From assembly GCA_965217585.1 (NCBI GenBank), contig OZ244561.1, forward strand, positions 4,512,001-4,576,000: 64,000 bases of DNA. Reading direction: 5' to 3'. How positions within the stretch are numbered: the stretch's first letter is position 1; each line of letters starts with the position of its first letter. Positions 56,576-64,000 of the stretch are shown one piece after another. Source of the DNA: Candidatus Latescibacterota bacterium. Its GTDB lineage: Bacteria; Latescibacterota; UBA2968; UBA8231. The position numbers and the translations under genes were made by a program. Under the pieces are notes generated by a model. It was not told where the DNA came from and did not search any database. It was given only the letters and a program-made list of their open reading frames with translations.

Positions 56576-56604
56576 ATCCGCAGATGAACGCAGATGAACG
56601 CAGA
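56576..56604 (+). repeat. Tandem 10-mer repeat, copy 3
   Basis: ATCCGCAGATGAACGCAGATGAACGCAGA. Confidence 0.8.
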
Positions 56605-56645
56605 GGGGGATAACGGGCGGCATCTTAATGCCTTGGGAGGCTGCT

Positions 56646-56846
56646 ATGGAATACTTTGGCAAAGGGCTGTACCTAATTTTCTTCGCGCTAATTTTCTGGT
56701 TTGTCCACCGGGCTCACGGTCGCGGCCTCGGCCGCCTCGTCGAGGACAACCACCGGGCACACGAGCGGGTCCACCACACCCTAAAAGAGCACCCGGAGGG
56801 CGGCACGTGGCCCCAATACAAGCAATGGATGGAGGAGGCAGCATGA
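56646..56846 (+). CDS. Small His-rich single-TM protein coupled to msrA
   Basis: GGGAGG RBS, hydrophobic N-terminus, ATGA overlap with msrA. Confidence 0.6.
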   Translation: MEYFGKGLYLIFFALIFWFVHRAHGRGLGRLVEDNHRAHERVHHTLKEHPEGGTWPQYKQWMEEAA

Positions 56847-57385
56847 CTTTGGAAACTACTACTTTGGGCGCGGGTTGCTTCTGGTGCGTCGAAGCCGTGT
56901 ATCAAGACCTGCGGGGGGTCGCCAGCGCGGTCTCCGGCTATATGGGCGGTCCGTCGGAGCACCCCACATACCAAGCCGTTTGCAGCGGCCAGACCGGCCA
57001 CGCCGAGGTCTTACAACTGCAATTCGACCCCGAGGTCACTAGCTTTGACGATTTGCTCTACATATTCTGGCGCACGCACGACCCCACCACGCTCAACCGC
57101 CAGGGCGCGGACTCCGGCACCCAGTACCGCTCGGCGATTTTCTACCACAGCCCTGAGCAGCAAGCGATAGCTGCCGCCTCCAAGTCCGCCACGGACGCGA
57201 GCGACCTCTGGGCCGATCCGATTGTGACCGAGATCGCGCCCGCCAGCGCCTTTTGGCCGGCCGAGTCGTATCACCAAAACTACTACCGGCTCAACCCCAA
57301 CCAGCCCTACTGCGCGATAGTTATCGATCCCAAGATGCAGGCGTTCCGCCGGAAGTTTGCCGGCCGCCTCCAGCCGACTGCCTAG
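56843..57385 (+). CDS. msrA: Peptide-methionine (S)-S-oxide reductase MsrA
   Basis: GAGCFWCVE, TGHAE, HDPTTLNRQG, AESYHQNY. Confidence 0.95.
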   Translation: MTLETTTLGAGCFWCVEAVYQDLRGVASAVSGYMGGPSEHPTYQAVCSGQTGHAEVLQLQFDPEVTSFDDLLYIFWRTHDPTTLNRQGADSGTQYRSAIFYHSPEQQAIAAASKSATDASDLWADPIVTEIAPASAFWPAESYHQNYYRLNPNQPYCAIVIDPKMQAFRRKFAGRLQPTA

Positions 57386-57390
57386 GCGTC

Positions 57391-58542
57391 GTGTCCACTG
57401 CCATCAGCCGGCTGCACGCCGCGGACTTTGAAGAGGCCCTCGACGTCCTCAACCTCGCCTTTGGCAAAGCGCCGCCCCGGGATTTTGAGGCCATTTTGCC
57501 GGCTCTGTACCGGTGTGGGGAAGAGGAGATGAACTGGAACTTTGCCTTGCGCGAAAGCGGTCGCATCCGCGCCATCGTCGGGCTGTTCCCCCTCGCTTAC
57601 CGCTGGGGAGGTGCGACTCTGCGCGTGGCTGGTATCGGCGGTGTCTCCTGCCATCCGCACGCCCGCGGCCGGGGCTACATGCAGCAGCTCATGGCCCATT
57701 GCGTCCAAGCCGCGCCCGCGGAGGGTTTTCACCTGTCTTGGCTGGGGGGACAGCGCCAGCGCTACGGCTATTCCGGCTACGAGAAGTGCGGCGTTTACTA
57801 CCGGCTGACGCTGAGCCAAACCAATGTGCGCCACGCCTTGGGGTCCGCCGATTTCGGGATTGACTTTCGTCCGCTTGAGCGCGAGGACCATACGCACCTG
57901 CAAGGCGTAATCGGCCTGCACGACGCTCAGCCGTTTCGCGGGGTGCGCGCCCCGCCCCGCTTCTACGACCTGCTCCTGAGCTGGGGTCACCGGCCCTATG
58001 TGGCCCGCTCGCGCGATGGCCGCATGATCGGCTATCTCGTCGCTCAGGCCGACCGGACGTGCGTCACCGAACTGTTGGCCGTCAATGAGGGCGAGCCTGA
58101 GTTGGATATAGCCGCTGCTTGGGTGCAGCGCCACGGGAATACCTGCTTTGAGCTGCCGCCTTGGAGCCGCCTCCTGCCCAAGCTGGCCCAGCTCTGCGAA
58201 GGCGCGAGCGCATCGAGTTCGGGCAATTGGCAAATTTTTGATTGGGCGGCAACGCTCGACGCCTTGCTCAAGACGTGCGCCGCGCTGGTGCCGCTGATGG
58301 ACGGCGCGGTCGTCGTGGAGATTGCGGGTTACGGCCGGGTGGCGCTGGAGGTGCGAGGCAACGCCGCGCAGTGCGTCCGCACCGAGGCCGCGCCCGTGCT
58401 GCAAATGGACACCTTTACGGCCATGCGCCTGCTCTGCGGCCCCCTGCCGCCCTCGCTCGTATCGCCTCTGCCTGCTGCGGCCGCCCCACTCGAACAGTGG
58501 TGCCCTCTGCCGCTTTTTTTAGGCCGCCAAGACGCAGTCTAA
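57391..58542 (+). CDS. Eis-like GNAT acetyltransferase
   Basis: AGIGGVSCHPHARGRGYM, RYGYSGYE; SCP2-like C-terminus; GTG start. Confidence 0.78.
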   Translation: MSTAISRLHAADFEEALDVLNLAFGKAPPRDFEAILPALYRCGEEEMNWNFALRESGRIRAIVGLFPLAYRWGGATLRVAGIGGVSCHPHARGRGYMQQLMAHCVQAAPAEGFHLSWLGGQRQRYGYSGYEKCGVYYRLTLSQTNVRHALGSADFGIDFRPLEREDHTHLQGVIGLHDAQPFRGVRAPPRFYDLLLSWGHRPYVARSRDGRMIGYLVAQADRTCVTELLAVNEGEPELDIAAAWVQRHGNTCFELPPWSRLLPKLAQLCEGASASSSGNWQIFDWAATLDALLKTCAALVPLMDGAVVVEIAGYGRVALEVRGNAAQCVRTEAAPVLQMDTFTAMRLLCGPLPPSLVSPLPAAAAPLEQWCPLPLFLGRQDAV

Positions 58543-59474
58543 GGCGTCAGTACCCGCTCGACGAATAGCTCGAGAAAGCGCGCCCGCTCCACGTCCATCG
58601 CACACGCTACGGGCTGTCCCTGCGGCTTTTGCTCGCTCGCCAAGGCACGCTGGTCAACTACCAACTGCCCGGCGGTCAACTCGCCGGTGGTCTCCACATC
58701 CACCCACAGTCGCTGCGTGCGAAAGAGCTGCGGCCACAGGGCCGCTCCCAAGGCCACGGGATCGTGCACGTGCATTCCGGCAAACCCGTAGTGCGCGGAC
58801 TCAAAGGCTATCACCGGCTCACACGCCGCTCGGCAAAACGCAGTGCGCGCCCCTGCGCAACTTTGCAAGGCGGCCTGCTCCAGCACGACCTGCTCGGTGA
58901 CGTCGAGCCCTACTAACACCAGCTCGGCCTCGGACGCGAGGACTTGGCGCGCTGCGTGCGGGTCGGCGTAGAAATTGAACTCGGCCGTTGGCGTGACATT
59001 GCCCGGCACTCGCATGGCTCCGCCCATGATCACCACTTGACGCGCCCGCCGCAGCACGCCCGGCACCTGCGCCTCGGCCCGCGCCAAGTTGGTCAACGGC
59101 CCGGTGGCGACGAGAGTCACCTCTCCGGGACGCGCCTGCAAGGTGTTCAGCAGAAATTCCACCCCGTCGCCCGCTGGTGAGGTGCGCGCCTCGGGCAACT
59201 GGGCCGCGCCTAGTCCCGTCACGCCGTGAACATCCGCTGCCGCGACTGCGTTCCGTACCAAGGGCCGCTCTGCACCGGCGTAAACAGGAACGTCGGCCCG
59301 CCCCGCCCACTGCAACAGGCGCAGTGTGTTGTCGGTAGTCCGCGGTAGCGGCACATTGCCGGCCACCGTAGAGACGCCCACTAGCTCGACCTCGGGCGAG
59401 GACAAGGCCAAGAGCAGGGCGAGGGCATCGTCAACGCCCGTATCGACGTCCATAATCAGGGGAGTTGCAGGCAA
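58539..59474 (-). CDS. Inosine/uridine-preferring nucleoside hydrolase
   Basis: DVDTGVDD, TGPLTN, AEFNFYADP, HDP; TTG start after GGAGG. Confidence 0.9.
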   Translation of the reverse strand: MPATPLIMDVDTGVDDALALLLALSSPEVELVGVSTVAGNVPLPRTTDNTLRLLQWAGRADVPVYAGAERPLVRNAVAAADVHGVTGLGAAQLPEARTSPAGDGVEFLLNTLQARPGEVTLVATGPLTNLARAEAQVPGVLRRARQVVIMGGAMRVPGNVTPTAEFNFYADPHAARQVLASEAELVLVGLDVTEQVVLEQAALQSCAGARTAFCRAACEPVIAFESAHYGFAGMHVHDPVALGAALWPQLFRTQRLWVDVETTGELTAGQLVVDQRALASEQKPQGQPVACAMDVERARFLELFVERVLTP

Positions 59475-59589
59475 TGCACAGCCTCCTTGTGTCCGTGAAT
59501 TCGTCGCCTTAAAATACCAAATAGCGGCCGCGAGCCAATCGCCGAGCCGCCGCTTACTCCAACCCACCCGTTAGCCGAGGGAATAGCCC

Positions 59590-60483
59590 ATGACTACCGC
59601 CTCCATCGATATAGCTCCCCTGCCGCAAGCCACTTTTGGCAAGACCGGCGCACACGTCCCCTTGCTCGGCTTGGGCACGGCCCCCGGCGGCTTTGGCCTA
59701 GCAGACGCGGATGCCATCGCGCTTTTTGAACGGGCCATTGACCTCGGCGTTACCTACATCGATACGGCCCCCGGCTACGAGCGCGCCCAGAGCCAGCTCG
59801 CCCAGATCGTCCCTCATTGTCGGCGCGAGCTGTTCTTGGTTAGCAAAGCCCACACGGCCCACTACCAAGAGGCGCTCGATATCGTCGAAAAGAACTTGGA
59901 CGCCTTGGGCACTGATCACTTGGACCTGATGTACGTCCACTCGCTGGGGCACTTAGACGTGGAACAAGTGCTGGCCAAAGACGGTGCCCTCGCTGGCTTG
60001 CGCGAAGCGCAGCGTCGCGGTTGGACCCGCTATATCGGCATCACCGCTCACCACGCACCTTGGAAATCCGCCAAGGTCCTGCGCGAGGTCGAGATCGACG
60101 CCTGCATGTTCGCCTTCAACTTCGTCGACTGCCACATTTACAACTTTGAGGAGGTGGTCCTGCCCTTGGCCCGCGCCCAGAGCGCTGGCATTGCCGCGAT
60201 GAAGGTGTACGGCGGGGCCATCGACATGAAGTACGACAAGTCCCGGCCCTCGCAGATGGCCAACAGCGGCTTTGACGATCACGAGCGGGCGCTGCGCTAC
60301 GCCATGGGATTGCCGGGAGTGAGCTTGGCGGTCATTGGAGTCTATAACGAGGAGGAGCTAGTGCAGAATATCGAATGGGTGCGGCGTTACGCGCCGTTAG
60401 ATGCTGGCGAACAACAGGCGCTCCTAGCGCAGGGGCGGGATATGGCGCGTCAATGGGGGCCGCACTACGGGCCGGTGGAGTGA
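59590..60483 (+). CDS. Aldo/keto reductase whose 3' end is repeated twice downstream
   Basis: GVTYIDTAPGY, LDLMYVH, AMKVYGG. Confidence 0.9.
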   Translation: MTTASIDIAPLPQATFGKTGAHVPLLGLGTAPGGFGLADADAIALFERAIDLGVTYIDTAPGYERAQSQLAQIVPHCRRELFLVSKAHTAHYQEALDIVEKNLDALGTDHLDLMYVHSLGHLDVEQVLAKDGALAGLREAQRRGWTRYIGITAHHAPWKSAKVLREVEIDACMFAFNFVDCHIYNFEEVVLPLARAQSAGIAAMKVYGGAIDMKYDKSRPSQMANSGFDDHERALRYAMGLPGVSLAVIGVYNEEELVQNIEWVRRYAPLDAGEQQALLAQGRDMARQWGPHYGPVE

Positions 60484-60487
60484 GCCT
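60422..60487 (+). repeat. att-like direct repeat copy 1 (intact AKR 3' end)
   Basis: ...CGTCAATGGGGGCCGCACTACGGGCCGGTGGAGTGAGCCT. Confidence 0.9.
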
Positions 60488-60516
60488 CCGTAATACAAAA
60501 CATTAATGGGGAATTT

Positions 60517-61650
60517 ATGAAAATCACCAAGGTCAAAGCCCTTGTTTCATCAAGCGGCCATTTTTTCGTGAAGGTAGAAACCGATGCTGGCATCTACGGT
60601 CTCGGTGAAGGTGGCGTAAGACGACGTGCCCTCGCCCTAGCCGAAGTCGTTCGCTCTTTTGAACCGTTTCTCATTGGTGCAGACCCGTTCCAAATCGAAC
60701 ATCTGTGGCAAGTGATGTTCCGCGGTGGCTTCTTCCCCGGCGGGGTCGTCCAATCCGCCGCAGTAAGTGCCGTAGATATCGCACTTTGGGACATCAAAGG
60801 AAAAGCACTAAATGTTCCTGTGTACGAACTTTTAGGCGGACGCACGCGAGACAAAGTCGTCTGCTATCCTCACAACGGTGGCGGTACGATTGATGCTCTC
60901 GTTGAGAGCTGTCGAAAAACCCATGCAGCCGGTTGGAAATTCGTCCGCTGGGGCTTGGCTGACGGTGCAGACAAAGGGACGTTTGAACCCAGACGCGCTA
61001 TTCAGCACGGCGTTGAGCAGGTACAGGCAGTTCGCAATGCATTGGGCGACCAGGTCGAAATATTAGTTGACGTGCATACCCGTCTCGACCCAGCGGATAG
61101 TCTCGATTTCTGCAACCGGGTTGCTCCCTACAATCCGTTTTTTATTGAAGATCCGCTGCGGAGTGAAAACCCAGCCAGTCTCCGGCGGCTCCGCCAACAG
61201 ACTTCTGTCCCGCTTGCTGTCGGGGAACAATTTGATAGCAAGTGGACCTTCAGAGAAGTCATTGAGGAGGATCTGATGGATTACTGCCGAGTTGATCTGT
61301 GCATTGCCGGTGGATTGACAGAGGCGCGTAAAATTGCCGGGTGGTGCGAAACGCATTACATCCATCTGGCACCACACAACCCGCTTGGTCCTGTCTCCAC
61401 TGCAGCCTGTCTGCATCTTTGTTTAGCATCCTCACTCGTGGGTGTCCAGGAACTTCCTCGTGCGCCGATGTCTTCACTGACCGATGAGTTTCCGGTGCAG
61501 GTGCCGTTTGAATCTGGTTACCTCTTGCCGCCCGCAGCCCCTGGTCTCGGTATTGAATTCAACGAGGCAGCATTCATCAACGTGTCAACACAGGACTACG
61601 GACCACCCACCGGCTATCAGCGCGATGATGGGTCCTATACAAATTGGTAG
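60517..61650 (+). CDS. Mandelate racemase-family acid-sugar dehydratase (DgoD/RspA-like)
   Basis: IALWDIKGK, VDVHTR, FIEDP, VGEQ, APHNP; lower GC than flank. Confidence 0.85.
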   Translation: MKITKVKALVSSSGHFFVKVETDAGIYGLGEGGVRRRALALAEVVRSFEPFLIGADPFQIEHLWQVMFRGGFFPGGVVQSAAVSAVDIALWDIKGKALNVPVYELLGGRTRDKVVCYPHNGGGTIDALVESCRKTHAAGWKFVRWGLADGADKGTFEPRRAIQHGVEQVQAVRNALGDQVEILVDVHTRLDPADSLDFCNRVAPYNPFFIEDPLRSENPASLRRLRQQTSVPLAVGEQFDSKWTFREVIEEDLMDYCRVDLCIAGGLTEARKIAGWCETHYIHLAPHNPLGPVSTAACLHLCLASSLVGVQELPRAPMSSLTDEFPVQVPFESGYLLPPAAPGLGIEFNEAAFINVSTQDYGPPTGYQRDDGSYTNW

Positions 61651-61958
61651 GGATTTAAAGGGTTATACATCGACTACATCCCACGAAAGGCACGCTTTCA
61701 AACCCGGCCTCGATCCGACGCTATCTAGAGGGGGAGGGCTGTCGGCGGTGCCCCAGTTCGATTTCGCCGCCGGACCTGCCTTGTCTTTCGCTTCCGCCTC
61801 CGGCCATACGGCTTGGTGTGCCCTGAAGGATCCCCAAGTACCGGGTTGACCCCGATAGGTGCCGACGGGCAACTAAACCGTACGTACTACGAGCCCTGTC
61901 GAGGAACCTGCAAACGATCTTCAGGGAACTTGCCCGACCCTTGCCTGCGCTTAGTGCC

Positions 61959-61988
61959 TTGACAGGGAATAAATGCCTATGTTATCTT
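61959..61988 (+). promoter_or_regulatory. Sigma70-like promoter
   Basis: TTGACA, 18-bp spacer, TGn-TATCTT, upstream of AAGGAGG RBS. Confidence 0.55.
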
Positions 61989-62044
61989 GCGCCTAGTTGG
62001 ACCCACCTAGCCCATACATAGCGCATAATTTAAGGAGGAGAGGA

Positions 62045-62722
62045 ATGTCTGACCACAATAAGCAGGGTAACAGCGATGATAAGCCTACCTTGCTAAAGGC
62101 AGTGGAACTCGTACTAGCCGATCCTGCGGAAATAAGAAGAGAGGCTATTGTCCTCAAGCAGCAATATCAGCGACGATTTTCCGACTCAAATTCGGATGAC
62201 GAAATCAACACCTTGGTGGCTGACAAAATCATATCCAACTATTCCTACTATGCTGCTTTTGTCGGAGGCACTACTGCGCTGACAGGTGTGGTGCCTGGAT
62301 TAGGAACAGCGATAGCAACTTTTGGTGGAGCAACCGCTGATGCTGCTTTATCTATGAAATATCAGATCGAAATGACAATGGCTCTTGCTACTGTTTATGA
62401 CCATAACATCGAAATTGAGGAAGAGAAAAGACTTTGCTTCATCGTAGCGGGTCTAGGAGCAATTAATGAGGCAGCTAAAAAAGGCGGCAAAGCTGTAGGG
62501 ACAAAGGCTTTCGTCAAAATGACTCAGCAATATTTGAGAGGCGCAACCTTGCAGGCAGTAAAAGAAATCTTCAAAAAGGTCGGTGTTACATTCACGCGAA
62601 AAGCTGTTGAAAAATCAATTCCTTTTGGAATTGGAGTGATTATAAGCTTTTCGGCCAACAAGGGGCTCACTTGGTATGTGGGTAACAAAGCTAAGAATTT
62701 CTTTGCTATATACGATTCCTAG
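62045..62722 (+). CDS. EcsC-like family protein
   Basis: GGTTALTGVVPGLG..AD, KSIPFGIG; low GC; stop lies inside repeat copy 2. Confidence 0.7.
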   Translation: MSDHNKQGNSDDKPTLLKAVELVLADPAEIRREAIVLKQQYQRRFSDSNSDDEINTLVADKIISNYSYYAAFVGGTTALTGVVPGLGTAIATFGGATADAALSMKYQIEMTMALATVYDHNIEIEEEKRLCFIVAGLGAINEAAKKGGKAVGTKAFVKMTQQYLRGATLQAVKEIFKKVGVTFTRKAVEKSIPFGIGVIISFSANKGLTWYVGNKAKNFFAIYDS

Positions 62723-62780
62723 TGCAGGGACGGGACTCGCACGTCAATGGGGCCGCACTACGGGCCGGTGGAGTGAGCCT
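62717..62780 (+). repeat. att-like direct repeat copy 2
   Basis: Matches 60422-60487; G-run is 4 instead of 5. Confidence 0.9.
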
Positions 62781-62806
62781 TACCGATTGTTCAAACTGTT
62801 AAAGCT

Positions 62807-63133
62807 CTATAGCTCGGCGAAATCCAATCTGATCCGAAATCCCAAGGCCGATACAATGGCCATCAGATTGTCTATCTTCGGCTTACTGCGACTTGAAAGC
62901 ACGCGGTAGAGATGTTCGCGGTTGAGGCCAGAGCGCTCTGCCAATGCCCCAACGCCCCCTTGTGCTTGGGCGACATCGCGCAGGGCCAATAGCAGCCCAT
63001 CGATCTCGCCGCTTGCTTCACACTCATCTAGCGCGACTTCCAAGTAGGCCCGAGCTTCTTCGGGGTCTTTGAGTGCTTTTAGCAGCCCTTCGTCGTAGCT
63101 GACCGTGCGTTTCAAAACATGTTTCTCATTCAT
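62807..63133 (-). CDS. Addiction module antidote (HTH) protein
   Basis: YLEVALD, LLLALRDVAQAQGG, GLNREHLYRVLS. Confidence 0.88.
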   Translation of the reverse strand: MNEKHVLKRTVSYDEGLLKALKDPEEARAYLEVALDECEASGEIDGLLLALRDVAQAQGGVGALAERSGLNREHLYRVLSSRSKPKIDNLMAIVSALGFRIRLDFAEL

Positions 63134-63464
63134 CGCTATAGCTCCTCAAGTCCTGCCAATATGCTTTGGCGCGTTCAATGTCGCGGCGTTGTGATCGTTT
63201 AGTACCGCCGCAGAGCAAAATTACAATCGTCCTTCCTATTTCTCCATAATACACGCGATACCCCGGACCATAGTGGATTCTCAGTTCAAACACACCTCCA
63301 CCTAGAGATTCGGCATCGCCCATGTTTCCCTGTCGCACACGATTAATTCGGTTGCGGACGATCGCTCGTGCTTTTCTATCTTTGAGAGACTCCAACCAAT
63401 CATCAAAAGGCACGTTTCCTTGTGGGGAAACGTAATTGCGCAACGTCCTAGGAGACATGTTCAT
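63126..63464 (-). CDS. Addiction module killer protein (RelE/ParE-like)
   Basis: GNMGD, ELRIHYGPGYRVYY, LLCGGTKRSQRRDI. Confidence 0.9.
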   Translation of the reverse strand: MNMSPRTLRNYVSPQGNVPFDDWLESLKDRKARAIVRNRINRVRQGNMGDAESLGGGVFELRIHYGPGYRVYYGEIGRTIVILLCGGTKRSQRRDIERAKAYWQDLRSYSDE

Positions 63465-63472
63465 ATGCAGAA

Positions 63473-63490
63473 TGTAGCGTACGCGCTACA
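63473..63490. promoter_or_regulatory. Palindromic operator candidate upstream of TA pair
   Basis: TGTAGCG-TACG-CGCTACA, 8 bp upstream of the toxin ATG. Confidence 0.5.
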
Positions 63491-63515
63491 AGAAGTAAAC
63501 TAAAGGTGTGGCGTT

Positions 63516-63559
63516 TGGCCCGTCAATGGGGCCGCACTACGGACCGGTGGAGTGATCCT
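63516..63559 (+). repeat. att-like direct repeat copy 3
   Basis: TGGCCCGTCAATGGGGCCGCACTACGGACCGGTGGAGTGATCCT; same missing G as copy 2. Confidence 0.88.
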
Positions 63560-64000
63560 TTATCCTTGAGGAGGCGACATATTAACAACGGTAGCGTCTC
63601 CATAAGTGGATTGCACGACACGTTCCATAGAATCGATTTCCTCATCCGCCAGATGGTTAAAGTGGCTTGCACGTCTTCGTGCGGACAGTCGGCCGTTGTT
63701 TTGGAGGCAAAAACGAATGAAGAGGTCAATCTGTCGGTCGGGCATATCTACGATGTCTTGGATAGCTTGTTTGGTCGCATCGTAGTTGGCCAGGAAGGCC
63801 AGTTCGCGGGCGAGTTCGGTATCGATGGTCTGATCGATGAAGCGAAAAAGTGCCTCCGCTTGGGGGGTCATGTCGATATAGCGGTACCATGTAGCGGTAT
63901 CGTTGTGCACAGTCAAGCGTCCATCTTGGTCGAGTGTGTATTCCACCAAGGGCATTAGCTGTCGGGAGAACGCATTTAGGGAAGCGTCATAGTCGGCTGG
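63560..64000 (-). CDS. C-terminal part of a probable Fic-family protein (5' end outside window)
   Basis: Open to window edge; YRYIDMT..AEAL, IVDMPDRQIDLFIRFCLQNNGRLS resembles Fic C-termini; Fic motif itself not visible. Confidence 0.6.
   Translation of the reverse strand, partial: PADYDASLNAFSRQLMPLVEYTLDQDGRLTVHNDTATWYRYIDMTPQAEALFRFIDQTIDTELARELAFLANYDATKQAIQDIVDMPDRQIDLFIRFCLQNNGRLSARRRASHFNHLADEEIDSMERVVQSTYGDATVVNMSPPQG

Noticed and set aside
61663-61950. Unexplained GC-richer stretch inside cassette 1, as an integrase remnant or ncRNA
   Set aside because: The frames I translated showed no recombinase motifs and I saw no convincing RNA structure; left unassigned.
60422-63559. The three repeats as a CRISPR array or integron attC sites
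   Set aside because: Spacing is 0.8-2.3 kb, the repeat is coding sequence, and there is no RYYYAAC/GTTRRRY hairpin or cas gene.
1-64000. tRNA or rRNA genes
   Set aside because: No cloverleaf or rRNA-like sequence recognised by eye; a covariance-model scan would be needed to exclude them.

Overview
Bacterial window of mostly high GC (roughly 60-65% by eye), with lower-GC inserts and one very high-GC insert. Many PhyH dioxygenases, enolases, aldo/keto reductases and secreted proteins ending in a FlgD/T9SS-like C-terminal domain suggest an FCB-group lineage such as Latescibacterota or Gemmatimonadota-like (inference only). Core content: catabolic and redox enzymes, msrA and msrB, glnD, glutamate decarboxylase, an Amt plus STAS/RsbW/REC-PP2C/histidine-kinase/SBP signalling locus, and a porin-imelysin-di-heme iron-uptake operon. 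Accessory content: three complete TA pairs, a DUF262-HEPN pair, an IS5-family element inside a decayed hsdS, a 1471-aa nuclease-STAND (Avs-like) gene, an unknown+PIN pair and several gene remnants. Strongest signals missed by the ORF track: (1) three direct copies of the 3' end of an aldo/keto reductase gene that divide the right end into tandem cassettes, with both downstream copies lacking the same G; (2) an exported UxxC selenoprotein redoxin with a SECIS-like hairpin, split into two ORFs in the track; (3) a high-GC peptidase insert bracketed by duplicated 3' ends of an ABC ATPase gene. All family assignments come from motif recognition by eye; no database search was run.
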